Below, piece after piece: positions 27,572 to 36,665 of a stretch of DNA of 64,000 nucleotides. The notes below the pieces were generated by a model that had not been told where the DNA came from, ran no database searches, and was given only the letters and a program-made list of their open reading frames with translations. Numbering within the stretch: the stretch's first letter is position 1; each line of letters opens with the position of its first letter. The stretch comes from a virus: IMG/VR virus record IMGVR_UViG_3300021356_000002; one strand, 5' to 3'. The translations under genes and the position numbers were made by a program.

Positions 27572-27859
27572 TTAATCGACACTGAAGAATGTTTTCACGG
27601 CGTCTGCAATAGCTTCGTTGATAGATTTATCAACATCAACTTTTACAGTTTGACCGTATTCATCAGTATAGCCAATGTAGTGCCAAGTGTCAAGTCTTTC
27701 GTCGTATTCGTGCAACAACGCAACATTTGTCAGACCGGCTCTCATAGTATAGCCTGAGTTGTCGATCTTTGTTGCATACACTTTTACTTCTTCGATATCA
27801 TTGGCGCTAACACTAGCAGATAAACCCAATGCAAGTACGAGGGCTAAAATTCTTTTCAT
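27572..27859 (-). CDS. Small exported protein with a TonB-box-like N-terminus
   Basis: Signal peptide ending SVSA, then NDIEEVKVYATK. Confidence 0.7.
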   Translation of the reverse strand: MKRILALVLALGLSASVSANDIEEVKVYATKIDNSGYTMRAGLTNVALLHEYDERLDTWHYIGYTDEYGQTVKVDVDKSINEAIADAVKTFFSVD

Positions 27860-28125
27860 GCCTCTCCTTCTTTGGAACCAACCTGAGCAAGCATCTGCTT
27901 GTCAAGTGGCTCAAGAGTGACAGGGTCAGAAACTTCATACCCACGCTCACGCCACTCCTCGAGTGTACGGCACTTGGTACGCCAAGTAACGCCAACTCCA
28001 ACAGCCTGTTGCTTGATACGTGCGCAGAATTTGCCTTCGTCGTTTGCCTTTGCAGTGTAAGACTCATCAGCAATAGTGTTTTGTGCGGCAGCCAGGAGAC
28101 CTGCCAACAGTAGTACCTTTTTCAT
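27856..28125 (-). CDS. Small exported protein with one predicted disulfide
   Basis: Signal peptide; KFCAR...KCRTLEEW. Confidence 0.7.
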   Translation of the reverse strand: MKKVLLLAGLLAAAQNTIADESYTAKANDEGKFCARIKQQAVGVGVTWRTKCRTLEEWRERGYEVSDPVTLEPLDKQMLAQVGSKEGEA

Positions 28126-28138
28126 TGTATTACGTCCT

Positions 28139-28567
28139 TTAAGAAGAGATTGAGATTTTTCTTGGACGCTTCTCTTCTGGAACCTCTACCCTCAAGTTAA
28201 TGACGAGTAATCCGTCCACGAAGTCTGCTCCATCAACAACAACATGTTCTGACAGTCTAAAGGTGCGAGTAAACTTCTTACCGGAGATTCCACGATGCAG
28301 GTACTCTCTATCTTCGTCTTCGCTAACTCGGTTGTCGCCAGAAATCACAAGAAGAGCGTTGCCTTCTTTCACTTCAATTTCTAGGTTGTCTCTGCTATAA
28401 CCAGCCAGTGCAAGTTCAATTGAAAACGTCGATTCGTCATGCTTGACTACGTTGTGAGGCGGATAGAGTTTGTTGTCAGACATTTCTGAAAGACGCTCAA
28501 TCTCAGACCAAACGTGATCAAAGCCAATAAAATGCGAACGCGGAAAGGTAAATGCTTTAGTTACCAT
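28139..28567 (-). CDS. hsp20: Small heat-shock protein (Hsp20/IbpA-like)
   Basis: FIGFD, YPPHNV, IELALAG, YLHRGIS, GLLVINL and PEEKRPRKISI. Confidence 0.96.
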   Translation of the reverse strand: MVTKAFTFPRSHFIGFDHVWSEIERLSEMSDNKLYPPHNVVKHDESTFSIELALAGYSRDNLEIEVKEGNALLVISGDNRVSEDEDREYLHRGISGKKFTRTFRLSEHVVVDGADFVDGLLVINLRVEVPEEKRPRKISISS

Positions 28568-28575
28568 AAACGGTA

Positions 28576-28631
28576 CCTCCTAATTAATTAAGCAAGGTTG
28601 TGTTGTATATGTGACCCTATAAAGGCATCAC
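28576..28631 (-). promoter_or_regulatory. ROSE-like RNA thermometer in the hsp20 5'UTR
   Basis: CCUUGCU-N9-AGGAGG, with a bulged G opposite the SD, preceded by a GUGAUGCC...GGGUCAC hairpin. Confidence 0.7.
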
Positions 28632-28636
28632 GCGGT

Positions 28637-28644
28637 TATTTATA
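28637..28644 (-). promoter_or_regulatory. Late promoter TATAAATA for hsp20
   Basis: Exact consensus just upstream of the structured leader. Confidence 0.75.
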
Positions 28645-28886
28645 CGCGAGAAGTTTGCTTTTGGTTCTCTTGTATAAAATTTTTTATGAAGTGTCTAACT
28701 TCACGAGATGCGCTTGTATCCAATTCTTTACACAGCGCGATAAATTCTTTCTTATCTTCCTTGTTGATTTTCACAAGAAGATTGTCATCTTTTTTCATGG
28801 TCTAAGTCCAAAAACCTATATATAAGGTATATACAGTGTAATAAAAATGTAACAATACCTACGCCGTGAGGCGACTGGAGGCAAAT

Positions 28887-29171
28887 ATGAAAAACATCAT
28901 CCTCGTACTACTTATGTTACCGCTAATCTCATTCGCTAATGAGAGTGTTGTCACTGCCAATCTTACTCCGATTGTTAAGTTTGATACGTCTCAAGACACA
29001 ATTCAGATCAAAGACAAGCAAGGTAATAAGTACACTATCAAAACAGACTGCAAGTATGACGTTGAAGAAATTACTGAGTTTCGAATTCGTTCGCGTCAAG
29101 TCAGAGAAGGAACACCAATCAAGTTTTCACGCAAGAAGACTTGTCAGGTCGAGTCTATTGCTCGGAGCTAG
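28887..29171 (+). CDS. Small exported protein
   Basis: GGAGG RBS, signal peptide ending SFA and two Cys. One of only two credible plus-strand genes. Confidence 0.75.
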   Translation: MKNIILVLLMLPLISFANESVVTANLTPIVKFDTSQDTIQIKDKQGNKYTIKTDCKYDVEEITEFRIRSRQVREGTPIKFSRKKTCQVESIARS

Positions 29172-29508
29172 GTGATTCCCAGCCCACATCTCTGTAATCT
29201 GATAAGACAGGCTCTTCTCCATCTTTGATGCTACACCACATGTTAGTAATCTTGGTGGAGAAAGCATTGTCTTTCACATCGTATCCAAACCAAGAAAACG
29301 GTTTTGCACAAGCAGGTGGTTCACATCTTAAAGCCACAAGCCGGCTAGTCTTAGAAGTCTTTTCTACCTCTGACAATTGTATTCGTTTTGTATACCACTC
29401 GCTCTCAATAGTTTCAAGACACAAATCCATGTGCTGTTGAAAGATACTGGGTTTTGCCGCATAAGCATTTGCCCCCAGCAAAAGGGTTAGTATAATGATA
29501 CGCTTCAT
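29155..29508 (-). CDS. Small exported protein with four Cys
   Basis: Signal peptide MKRIIILTLLLGANAYA. Confidence 0.7.
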   Translation of the reverse strand: MKRIIILTLLLGANAYAAKPSIFQQHMDLCLETIESEWYTKRIQLSEVEKTSKTSRLVALRCEPPACAKPFSWFGYDVKDNAFSTKITNMWCSIKDGEEPVLSDYRDVGWESPSSEQ

Positions 29509-29633
29509 TAGGCAACCCAGTGATTCTTACCATCTCTACTAAAATGGTAGTATCGATACATCTTCACGTAAAACTCAAACTTCTTTGGTTCGTTGTGTGG
29601 ATTGGGTAGTCTGTCGCCGAAAATTTTTTTCAT
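29508..29633 (-). CDS. Small conserved phage protein (41 aa)
   Basis: Read manually (MKKIFGDRLPNPHNEPKKFEFYVKMYRYY...). TAATG overlap with the next gene. Confidence 0.6.
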   Translation of the reverse strand: MKKIFGDRLPNPHNEPKKFEFYVKMYRYYHFSRDGKNHWVA

Positions 29634-29656
29634 TCTATAATAATGCTCTTCGGGCG

Positions 29657-30064
29657 TCAAGCCTTATTGCCGATGTTATACTTTGGACACAACTCCCACT
29701 GGTCTTTATCCTTGTGAGAAATGATCTTCACTTGTCGCAGTGGCGCACACTCTGCTACCTGAGCCTTATCGACAATCTGCACGAGTCCCCAATCCGCTAG
29801 TAACGTAGCGATGGTGTTTCGTCTCAGAACATCAGCCTCTTCTAGATTAGACTTCTTGCCGTCAAGCAGAAACAACTCTTTGAAGTGCACGATAAAGTAT
29901 CGACCTTGCTTGTGCAAGATATGGCATGACTGAAACAGTTTGTTTTCACGTCGAGATGCTACACCCATTCTTGTCAGAGTCTCGCGAACCTTGAGAAAAT
30001 CGTCAGGTTCGTTCAACGTCACTTCCAGCATATCTGCTGGTTTCCAAATTCTATTTTCTTCCAC
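29657..30064 (-). CDS. regA: Translational repressor RegA
   Basis: DDFLKVRETLTRMGVASR, QSCHILHKQGRYFIVHFKELF. Confidence 0.97.
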   Translation of the reverse strand: MEENRIWKPADMLEVTLNEPDDFLKVRETLTRMGVASRRENKLFQSCHILHKQGRYFIVHFKELFLLDGKKSNLEEADVLRRNTIATLLADWGLVQIVDKAQVAECAPLRQVKIISHKDKDQWELCPKYNIGNKA

Positions 30065-30431
30065 CTTTGTAGATCCTTGTTCTTATTTCATTAATTTGAT
30101 CAGGTGAAAGGAGGGATAAAGCCGAACGTGCTTTTTCGTTGCTGTATCCATAATACTCCTTTACCGCTTCCACGTCATCGAAAGTCTCTTGTTTCTCCCA
30201 CTTAGAGAATCGCTTTCGCTTTCTTACTATATTTAGTAAAAAATGAAATTGTAACTTGTTATCCAAGTGGTGAAACTGATTCATAACGTTAGCCGCGGCA
30301 ACGGTATCAGGAAAATAACTCAGTGATCGATTCGTCAGAAAAGAGTTATAGGCTTTCTCTTTCAAATCATCGTCCATGATGTCTTGCTTGCCATGATTAA
30401 TAGCAGTCACATAGTCAAACGGATTCATCAC
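30051..30431 (-). CDS. 62: Clamp loader small subunit (gp62)
   Basis: FLTNRSLS, RKRKRFSKW and KEYYGYS; syntenic position. Confidence 0.93.
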   Translation of the reverse strand: MMNPFDYVTAINHGKQDIMDDDLKEKAYNSFLTNRSLSYFPDTVAAANVMNQFHHLDNKLQFHFLLNIVRKRKRFSKWEKQETFDDVEAVKEYYGYSNEKARSALSLLSPDQINEIRTRIYKGGRK

Positions 30432-31366
30432 TTAAACTCCACGTTTGCCATGATCTCAGTCATACATGCAACGATGTTCAACTCGTGGTCAGCAACGAAG
30501 GCATTCTTGTACTGGTAGTCAGCAAGAATCAACACCAGTTGTGGAATCGAAGATGCGTCCACTTTCTCGTACATGTTGTCATAGATTTGACGAAAGATTG
30601 CAGACACATCAACGTCTACGTTCTGAGCGACCCAACTACGCATCTTTTTAAAGTCTTTGTCTTTGAGAGACTTGAAAAGAGAATCGTAGTTGCCACTTGC
30701 GTCATTGTTGAGAACTGTAGATTCTAGTTGACCACCAATCGAGTATCGCTGGCACTCGTTGATCACACGCCGCCAGTCAGGGGCGTACTTCATAATCAGT
30801 TGCGCAAGTAGGTCTTTGTTAAATGCGACTTGCTCAGACTCAAGGATGTGAATCAATCGCACAAAGAAATCAGCACAAAGAGTCTGCATTTCTTTCTTAG
30901 TCGTATTAAATTCATACACGCCACACCGAGAGTGTAGCGGCTCGATGATTCGATTCTTGAAGTTGCAAGTCAGAATGAATCGACAGTTATCAGAAAACTC
31001 TTCGATGAATCCACGAAGAGCGGGCTGTGTCGATTGAGGATTTAGATAATCAGCCTCATCTAGAATGACGACCTTAACATCGCCACCTAGAGAGACGGAG
31101 GATGCAAAACGCTTGATTTTGCCACGTAGCGTATCGATGTTGCCCTCTTCAGAACCATTGATGACAATGTAGTCATAGCCAAGTTCGTCACAGATTGCTC
31201 GTGCTACGGTAGTCTTACCAAGACCAGCAGTGCCGGTGAAAAGCATGTTGGGCAATTCACCAGACTGCACGATCTTTGTAAAAACATCTTTCAGTTTTTT
31301 TGGTAGAATAGAATCTTCTACCTTGCGAGGACGATACTTCTCAACCCAGAGAAAATCTTTAGACAT
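30428..31366 (-). CDS. 44: Clamp loader large subunit (gp44)
   Basis: LWVEKYRP, GLGKTT, DEAD and SRC motifs. Confidence 0.97.
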   Translation of the reverse strand: MSKDFLWVEKYRPRKVEDSILPKKLKDVFTKIVQSGELPNMLFTGTAGLGKTTVARAICDELGYDYIVINGSEEGNIDTLRGKIKRFASSVSLGGDVKVVILDEADYLNPQSTQPALRGFIEEFSDNCRFILTCNFKNRIIEPLHSRCGVYEFNTTKKEMQTLCADFFVRLIHILESEQVAFNKDLLAQLIMKYAPDWRRVINECQRYSIGGQLESTVLNNDASGNYDSLFKSLKDKDFKKMRSWVAQNVDVDVSAIFRQIYDNMYEKVDASSIPQLVLILADYQYKNAFVADHELNIVACMTEIMANVEFK

Positions 31367-31570
31367 AAATTACTCCGCACCATAATAAAGTTACCAATTG
31401 TGAACGATGTTTGCCATAATCATACAGGCACATACCACATTAATTACAACAACAAGCGTTCGGATGACCGCGACATGATTATCATAGTCAGCAGTCTTGT
31501 CATCACTGAAACTACCGATTGCATACTTCCAGATAGTCCACAGCTTTTTCATAGGAGCATTATATCAGAT

Positions 31571-31777
31571 TTATTCGCCAGATTCACCTTGCATTTGTTC
31601 AACAAGCTGGATCAGTTGAATAGATTGATCTCGCAACTGACCAATCGTCGAGAGTTCTTCACCGCGAAAACCACCACGTCCGGTCACGGTATCAATTACA
31701 GCGACAGTACTGCGGGTCACGCGATTAGCGAGTTCCATCAGTTGCTCGACGCTTTCGTTCGTTTCATTCTTAGCCAT
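31571..31777 (-). CDS. Small helical hypothetical protein
   Basis: GGAG RBS; RSTVAVIDT...GGFRGEELSTIGQLRDQ. Confidence 0.7.
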   Translation of the reverse strand: MAKNETNESVEQLMELANRVTRSTVAVIDTVTGRGGFRGEELSTIGQLRDQSIQLIQLVEQMQGESGE

Positions 31778-31781
31778 AGCA

Positions 31782-32456
31782 TTATTCTCCGTAAGTGCTA
31801 GTTTTTTCAAGTGCTACCCAGTATTGGATACCGCTAATCTCATTGACAAAATGAGAAATCAATTTAGATGAGATATCGACGCGATAATCATCATCAACCA
31901 TCTTCAAGTTCGCAATGTTGAATACGAAGTTGAAATTAGGATCTTTGTATTCACCATCAACATCGATAGAGAACACGTTAGAAGTTTTGTCGTTCTGATC
32001 AATCACAGACAATTGTAGAACATCGTTCACAACAGATAGAGACATCTCAGTGTGACCGAGAACAGATGCCGCTCGCTTCACACGAGTCAACGTCTCGCGA
32101 TCCAGAGCAAACGATACTTCACACTCTGGCATCACAATGTCTTTGCTGGGAACAGTAAGCATATCTATATCAGAGTAAAAGTACTTGATACGAGTGCGCC
32201 CGCTACCATCACTGATCAAAAAGTTGTTGTCTTCGAACGTCAGGCGAGGCGAGTCAACGAGAGACAACACGCTCAGAAATTCACTCAGATCATAGATGCC
32301 GACCTGCTTGGGAAATTCTACATCAACCTCAGCAGAACTAAGAACATTCTTAGCCTCAGAGATCGTCTTGATCACGTTGCCGTTGTTGATGACAACGTTA
32401 GGGTTGATCGTTGCATAGTTCTTCAGAACAGTCAACGTCTTTTCAGTTAGTTCCAT
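31782..32456 (-). CDS. 45: Sliding clamp (gp45)
   Basis: LKNYATIN, GIYDLSEFL and YWVALE. Confidence 0.95.
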   Translation of the reverse strand: MELTEKTLTVLKNYATINPNVVINNGNVIKTISEAKNVLSSAEVDVEFPKQVGIYDLSEFLSVLSLVDSPRLTFEDNNFLISDGSGRTRIKYFYSDIDMLTVPSKDIVMPECEVSFALDRETLTRVKRAASVLGHTEMSLSVVNDVLQLSVIDQNDKTSNVFSIDVDGEYKDPNFNFVFNIANLKMVDDDYRVDISSKLISHFVNEISGIQYWVALEKTSTYGE

Positions 32457-32493
32457 AATATCCTCGCACTTTTATGCACGTTAATTTCAATAG

Positions 32494-32522
32494 ATTATAC
32501 ACTTTTCTGCGCTTGAGGTCAA
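32494..32522 (-). promoter_or_regulatory. Sigma70-type promoter for gp45
   Basis: TTGACC-17-TATAAT. Confidence 0.7.
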
Positions 32523-34225
32523 GCGACTTTACTAAAGTTTTTCGATTTAACGAATTCGATCTTTTCATCAAACTTACCGTCTAGCATTTCTCCTTTGTGT
32601 GAAATAACAAATACGCAGGTGTCTTCGTCTAGTGTCTCAAGAATCTTCGACAGATTATCCACACCGTCTGCGTCCAAACTACTATCAAACGTTTCGTCAA
32701 GAATCAGTAGATTCGTGGCTACGCTGTTTTTCATCTTAGCGACCATGCGCCATGTAAACAGCAAAGCCAAATCGATTCGCTGTTTCTCACCCTCACTGAA
32801 TGAGTCGTAAGAAAAGTCATCACGATAACGTGACCGAATCGATTCTTTGAATGTATCGTCCAGATGAAACGACACAAAGAAGTCCAACACTTGCAGATAC
32901 TTGTTGACCAGATTGTTGATCACAGGCAAATACTGTTTGATGATCTTGGTCTTGATGCCAGTATCTTTCAGCAGTTCTGTAATGACGGTATTGTACGCGC
33001 CCTCTTCGGACAGTTGGCGTCTGTCTTTAGTTAGGGCTTGCTCTTCTTTGGTGTAAATCTCTAACTGCGAAAGTGAATCTTCTACAGAGTCAGTCTCGGT
33101 CTCAACTTTATCAACCTCTCGCTGTAACTGCTCGATTCGTTTTTGAGCCTGTGCGATCTGTGTGTTAATCTCAAACTCACGATTCAACTGCTCTTGAATC
33201 TTCGCAATGTTTTCTTCTACACTTCGATGTCGACCTGAGAGTGAGGAGATTTGGGCTGCGGCTTGGTGTCTGGCTTCTTCGAATTCGTCCCACTTTCTAG
33301 CCGCTGTTTCAGTCTTTGCTTGCTTAACCTCTGGCTCGATACCTTGGTCACAGGTGGGACAAGTGGAGTTATTTTCATAAAACTTAATCTCTTTGTTCAG
33401 TGCCTTTTGCTTCGTAGAGAATTGTGTGTCGAACTTCTCGACCTCACGAATCTTACTATTTAGCTCATCCATCTGACTCTTCAGATTCTTCATCTGATCT
33501 TCAGACACGGAGACACGTCCCAGACCAAGAGTTGTGATAGACTCTTGCAGTACAGCAATTTCTTTCAGACGCTCAGTCTTCTGTTCTCGGCTGAGTTTTT
33601 CTAGTTTAGCAACATAGTCACGTTGCGTCTTGATCTTTTCTTCAATCAGTTCTAACGCAACTTTATTAGCTCGCTCTTGCTCTCGCAGAATAGAGATGCG
33701 TTCTTTGAGAATGGTGTTCATCTTAGAGAACACGTTGATGTCAAGCAAGTCTTCGATCACCTCACGGCGATGCTGTGCAGGTAGTTGCATGAACGGAATG
33801 AAAGATGAACTGCCGAGCACCACAATCTGGTGAAATGATTTGTGATTTAGTTTCAGAATGTTCTGCTCAAGAATTTTCTGATACTCTTTGTTGTGGCTGT
33901 CTTGATTGATCAGCACATCGTCTTTCCAGATTTCGAACTTGTTGGGCTTGACGCCACGAACGATCTTATAATTCGACGGACCAATTTTAAACTCGACCTC
34001 GACGACCATTGCTTTGCCGTTGATCGAGTTGACCAGTTGACCCTTGTTGATGTTTCGATGTGCTTTGCCAAAAAGGGCAAACGACAACGCATCAAGCATT
34101 GTCGATTTGCCAGCGCCGTTTTGTCCAACGACTAGAGTAGACCTAGCACGATCTAAAGAAATGTCAGTAAAGTGATCGCCCGTAGACAAAAAGTTACGGT
34201 AACGCAAATTTGTAAATTTAATCAT
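32519..34225 (-). CDS. 46: Recombination endonuclease ATPase subunit (gp46, Rad50/SbcC-like)
   Basis: GQNGAGKST, CPTC zinc hook, FSEGEK and LILDE. Confidence 0.97.
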   Translation of the reverse strand: MIKFTNLRYRNFLSTGDHFTDISLDRARSTLVVGQNGAGKSTMLDALSFALFGKAHRNINKGQLVNSINGKAMVVEVEFKIGPSNYKIVRGVKPNKFEIWKDDVLINQDSHNKEYQKILEQNILKLNHKSFHQIVVLGSSSFIPFMQLPAQHRREVIEDLLDINVFSKMNTILKERISILREQERANKVALELIEEKIKTQRDYVAKLEKLSREQKTERLKEIAVLQESITTLGLGRVSVSEDQMKNLKSQMDELNSKIREVEKFDTQFSTKQKALNKEIKFYENNSTCPTCDQGIEPEVKQAKTETAARKWDEFEEARHQAAAQISSLSGRHRSVEENIAKIQEQLNREFEINTQIAQAQKRIEQLQREVDKVETETDSVEDSLSQLEIYTKEEQALTKDRRQLSEEGAYNTVITELLKDTGIKTKIIKQYLPVINNLVNKYLQVLDFFVSFHLDDTFKESIRSRYRDDFSYDSFSEGEKQRIDLALLFTWRMVAKMKNSVATNLLILDETFDSSLDADGVDNLSKILETLDEDTCVFVISHKGEMLDGKFDEKIEFVKSKNFSKVA

Positions 34226-34231
34226 ATGTGT

Positions 34232-34261
34232 ACTATATCATACCGAAAAGTAGTGTGTCAA
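34232..34261 (-). promoter_or_regulatory. Sigma70-type promoter for gp46
   Basis: TTGACA-18-TATAGT. Confidence 0.65.
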
Positions 34262-34298
34262 GCATCACCAGACCTCTGGTAATACGGCAGGTGCGTTT

Positions 34299-35372
34299 CT
34301 ATACGATATCTGCTGTCTGTGCTTCTATCATTAACTCATGGACAAGTTTTTTGATGTGATTCTTGTCTAGAGGCGTTTCAACGGCATCGATGTAACTACT
34401 CAGTAGTTGCTCAGTCGATTCAACAGATACTCGATCATCTTCAACAGAAGAGCCAACGAACTCTTCGAAGTTCTCTGCGATCTTCAGTTCATGGATACGC
34501 TTCGATTGAATACGATCAAGCCAGTGTTCAAACAGTTTTGGATTAGACTTGTTAGCCACAACCACTTTGACAAACTTGTCGGTAATGTCAGGCAGTTTGC
34601 CCGTACGATACTTGTACTCAGCCTTCTCTACTGTATCATCGTAGTACAGCCGATGAAAGAGTGTGACGGTGTTTTGTACAGGTGTCAGTTCACGAGTCTT
34701 GGTGTCGAAGATGTGAAAGTACTTCGGATCGTGTGCGTCAGACCAAAAGAACTCCATCTGTGAGCCAAGATAGTGGATGTTGCCGTGATTCGATTTCGTA
34801 TGAAAGTGACCAGTGAGTACTGTGTCAAATCTTTTGAAATCATCTGCACTCATACCATGCGTACATGGAATGCCTGCTTGCATCTCAAAGCCTTCTAACT
34901 CTAAGTGAGCGCCGACGATAGACGCTTTGCACGTCTTCAGAAACTTTTCGGTCTCTGCCTCGTTCTCATCATTGATCCATGGCACGAGTGCAACGGGCGT
35001 ACCATCATACTCAACGACAGTTGGCTTTTCGATAATACGAACTTCAGCCATGTAATGACCGAGTAGTTCTTTCAGCGAACTCAGATCGTTCGTGTTCTTA
35101 TAGAATACGTCATGGTTACCAGGAATGATGTCCATGTGTATCTTATGTTCACGCAACTTCTCAAGGAAGATTTTACGATTGTGTTCAAGGGCTTTGAAGT
35201 TAATAAACTTTCGATTATCGTAGTAGTCACCAAGGTGTAGAATCTTGGTGATGTTGTTCTCTAGCAGATAAGGAAAGAATACTTCAGAATAGAATTTCTC
35301 TTGATACTTCATCATGATATCCGATGAATTGCGGATGCCACAATGCGTATCGTTCAGCAATGCTATTTTCAT
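34299..35372 (-). CDS. 47: Recombination endonuclease nuclease subunit (gp47, Mre11/SbcD-like)
   Basis: DTHCG, GDYYD, GNHD and GHFH. Confidence 0.97.
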   Translation of the reverse strand: MKIALLNDTHCGIRNSSDIMMKYQEKFYSEVFFPYLLENNITKILHLGDYYDNRKFINFKALEHNRKIFLEKLREHKIHMDIIPGNHDVFYKNTNDLSSLKELLGHYMAEVRIIEKPTVVEYDGTPVALVPWINDENEAETEKFLKTCKASIVGAHLELEGFEMQAGIPCTHGMSADDFKRFDTVLTGHFHTKSNHGNIHYLGSQMEFFWSDAHDPKYFHIFDTKTRELTPVQNTVTLFHRLYYDDTVEKAEYKYRTGKLPDITDKFVKVVVANKSNPKLFEHWLDRIQSKRIHELKIAENFEEFVGSSVEDDRVSVESTEQLLSSYIDAVETPLDKNHIKKLVHELMIEAQTADIV

Positions 35373-35508
35373 ATTAGTCCGTAAACTTACCGTCCTCGAT
35401 CAGATGATGCAAACGGTGAGTAAAGATAGTCCATAACAAAGCAAGTAGGCTCGTCTCTGTGTACGTGCCCGACTTACACTCATACTTCCACATACAAGTA
35501 TACTCCAT

Positions 35509-36087
35509 TTATAACCACTGTGTCAAGTCTGAATCAGTTTTAGCCTTACGTCTTCGTTTTTCTTTTGAGGCATATTCTTTGAACATTCGGTCGCTTTCTT
35601 TCACTGCGTCAATTCGATAGCGCAATTCTTCAATGAAAGAGAATGTGGTATCATCACTGTGATCCATTTCACCGCTGTGATCTAGAAACTCTTGAATGTC
35701 TGCCTCAGCAATGAACTTGAGTTTAACGTCCTGTTGCTTTTTCTCTTTCTCGATGCGGCGCAGAAATGCGTACCATGCAATCTGCGTGAAGTATGCGAAT
35801 GCGTTGGGCTTGCCTGTTCGCGTAGCAGTTTCAAGATTGTAGTTCTCGATGGCTTTGAGACAGTTTTCTACGGCGTCCATGACCATCTCTTCACGATACG
35901 TGTATCGCACAAAGTTGGCCTTATGAGACAAGCCTTCTGCGATTTTCAGAAAACATTCTGCAACGTAGTGCGGCACGATGGGTTTGGGATTGCCTGCTGA
36001 AACTTCAGCGTTGGCGTGTCTTACGTACTCGACAACAGCCTCAGAAAACTGAGCATTGTTGACGTAGTGTGGTTTGTTTTCTTTCAT
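35509..36087 (-). CDS. 55: Late-transcription sigma factor (gp55)
   Basis: HYVNN, NFVRYTYREEMVMDAVENC and NAFAYFTQI. Confidence 0.96.
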   Translation of the reverse strand: MKENKPHYVNNAQFSEAVVEYVRHANAEVSAGNPKPIVPHYVAECFLKIAEGLSHKANFVRYTYREEMVMDAVENCLKAIENYNLETATRTGKPNAFAYFTQIAWYAFLRRIEKEKKQQDVKLKFIAEADIQEFLDHSGEMDHSDDTTFSFIEELRYRIDAVKESDRMFKEYASKEKRRRKAKTDSDLTQWL

Positions 36088-36141
36088 AAATCAGTACTCA
36101 CAGTTTGCATGTTGTTACCATTATAAACTAAAATTAATTAT

Positions 36142-36179
36142 AAAAAAAGCTTGACAGATCAAAAAAATCGTGTTAAAAT
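36142..36179 (+). promoter_or_regulatory. Strong sigma70-type promoter on the plus strand with no downstream sense gene
   Basis: A-tract, then TTGACA-17-TAAAAT with extended TG. Confidence 0.65.
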
Positions 36180-36209
36180 CTATTTCCCAGCGCAGGGCGA
36201 CAGAATATA

Positions 36210-36665
36210 CTAATGCAGTATGTCATTGCGCTTAGGAAATGGTAGCACGTTTGATAAGATTCCAGTAGAATCATTTTCAATCATTTTTACCATGGCGTTC
36301 TGCAATCTTTCAAAGGCTTCAAGTTCTTGCTGTTTTGCCGCTAAATCTCTTTGCTTTCTGTGCTTATGCATTTCACCCACAGCATACTTATACTCTTCTT
36401 GAAGATGTACACTTGGACGATTTGTACTCACAACATGAAGAGTATTTACTAAAATATATTCATCGTTCGCTTCTAAGTAATGCGCCCATGGTCGAAACAT
36501 GTAAACTCTATCGCCGTCTTGATCTTCACCCATAATGATCGACATCGCATTTCTAACAATGATATCTTCAGATTTATTCTGTGGCCACTCCATCACTTCA
36601 CACACAACTTCTTGTCCGTTACTAAACTTAAACTGCGCTAGGTTTTCGAATTGCATGTTATACAC
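36210..36665 (-). CDS. Conserved Sm-like-fold protein between uvsW and gp55
   Basis: QFKFSNGQEVVCEV...FRPW; syntenic position in T4-like phages. Confidence 0.75.
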   Translation of the reverse strand: MYNMQFENLAQFKFSNGQEVVCEVMEWPQNKSEDIIVRNAMSIIMGEDQDGDRVYMFRPWAHYLEANDEYILVNTLHVVSTNRPSVHLQEEYKYAVGEMHKHRKQRDLAAKQQELEAFERLQNAMVKMIENDSTGILSNVLPFPKRNDILH

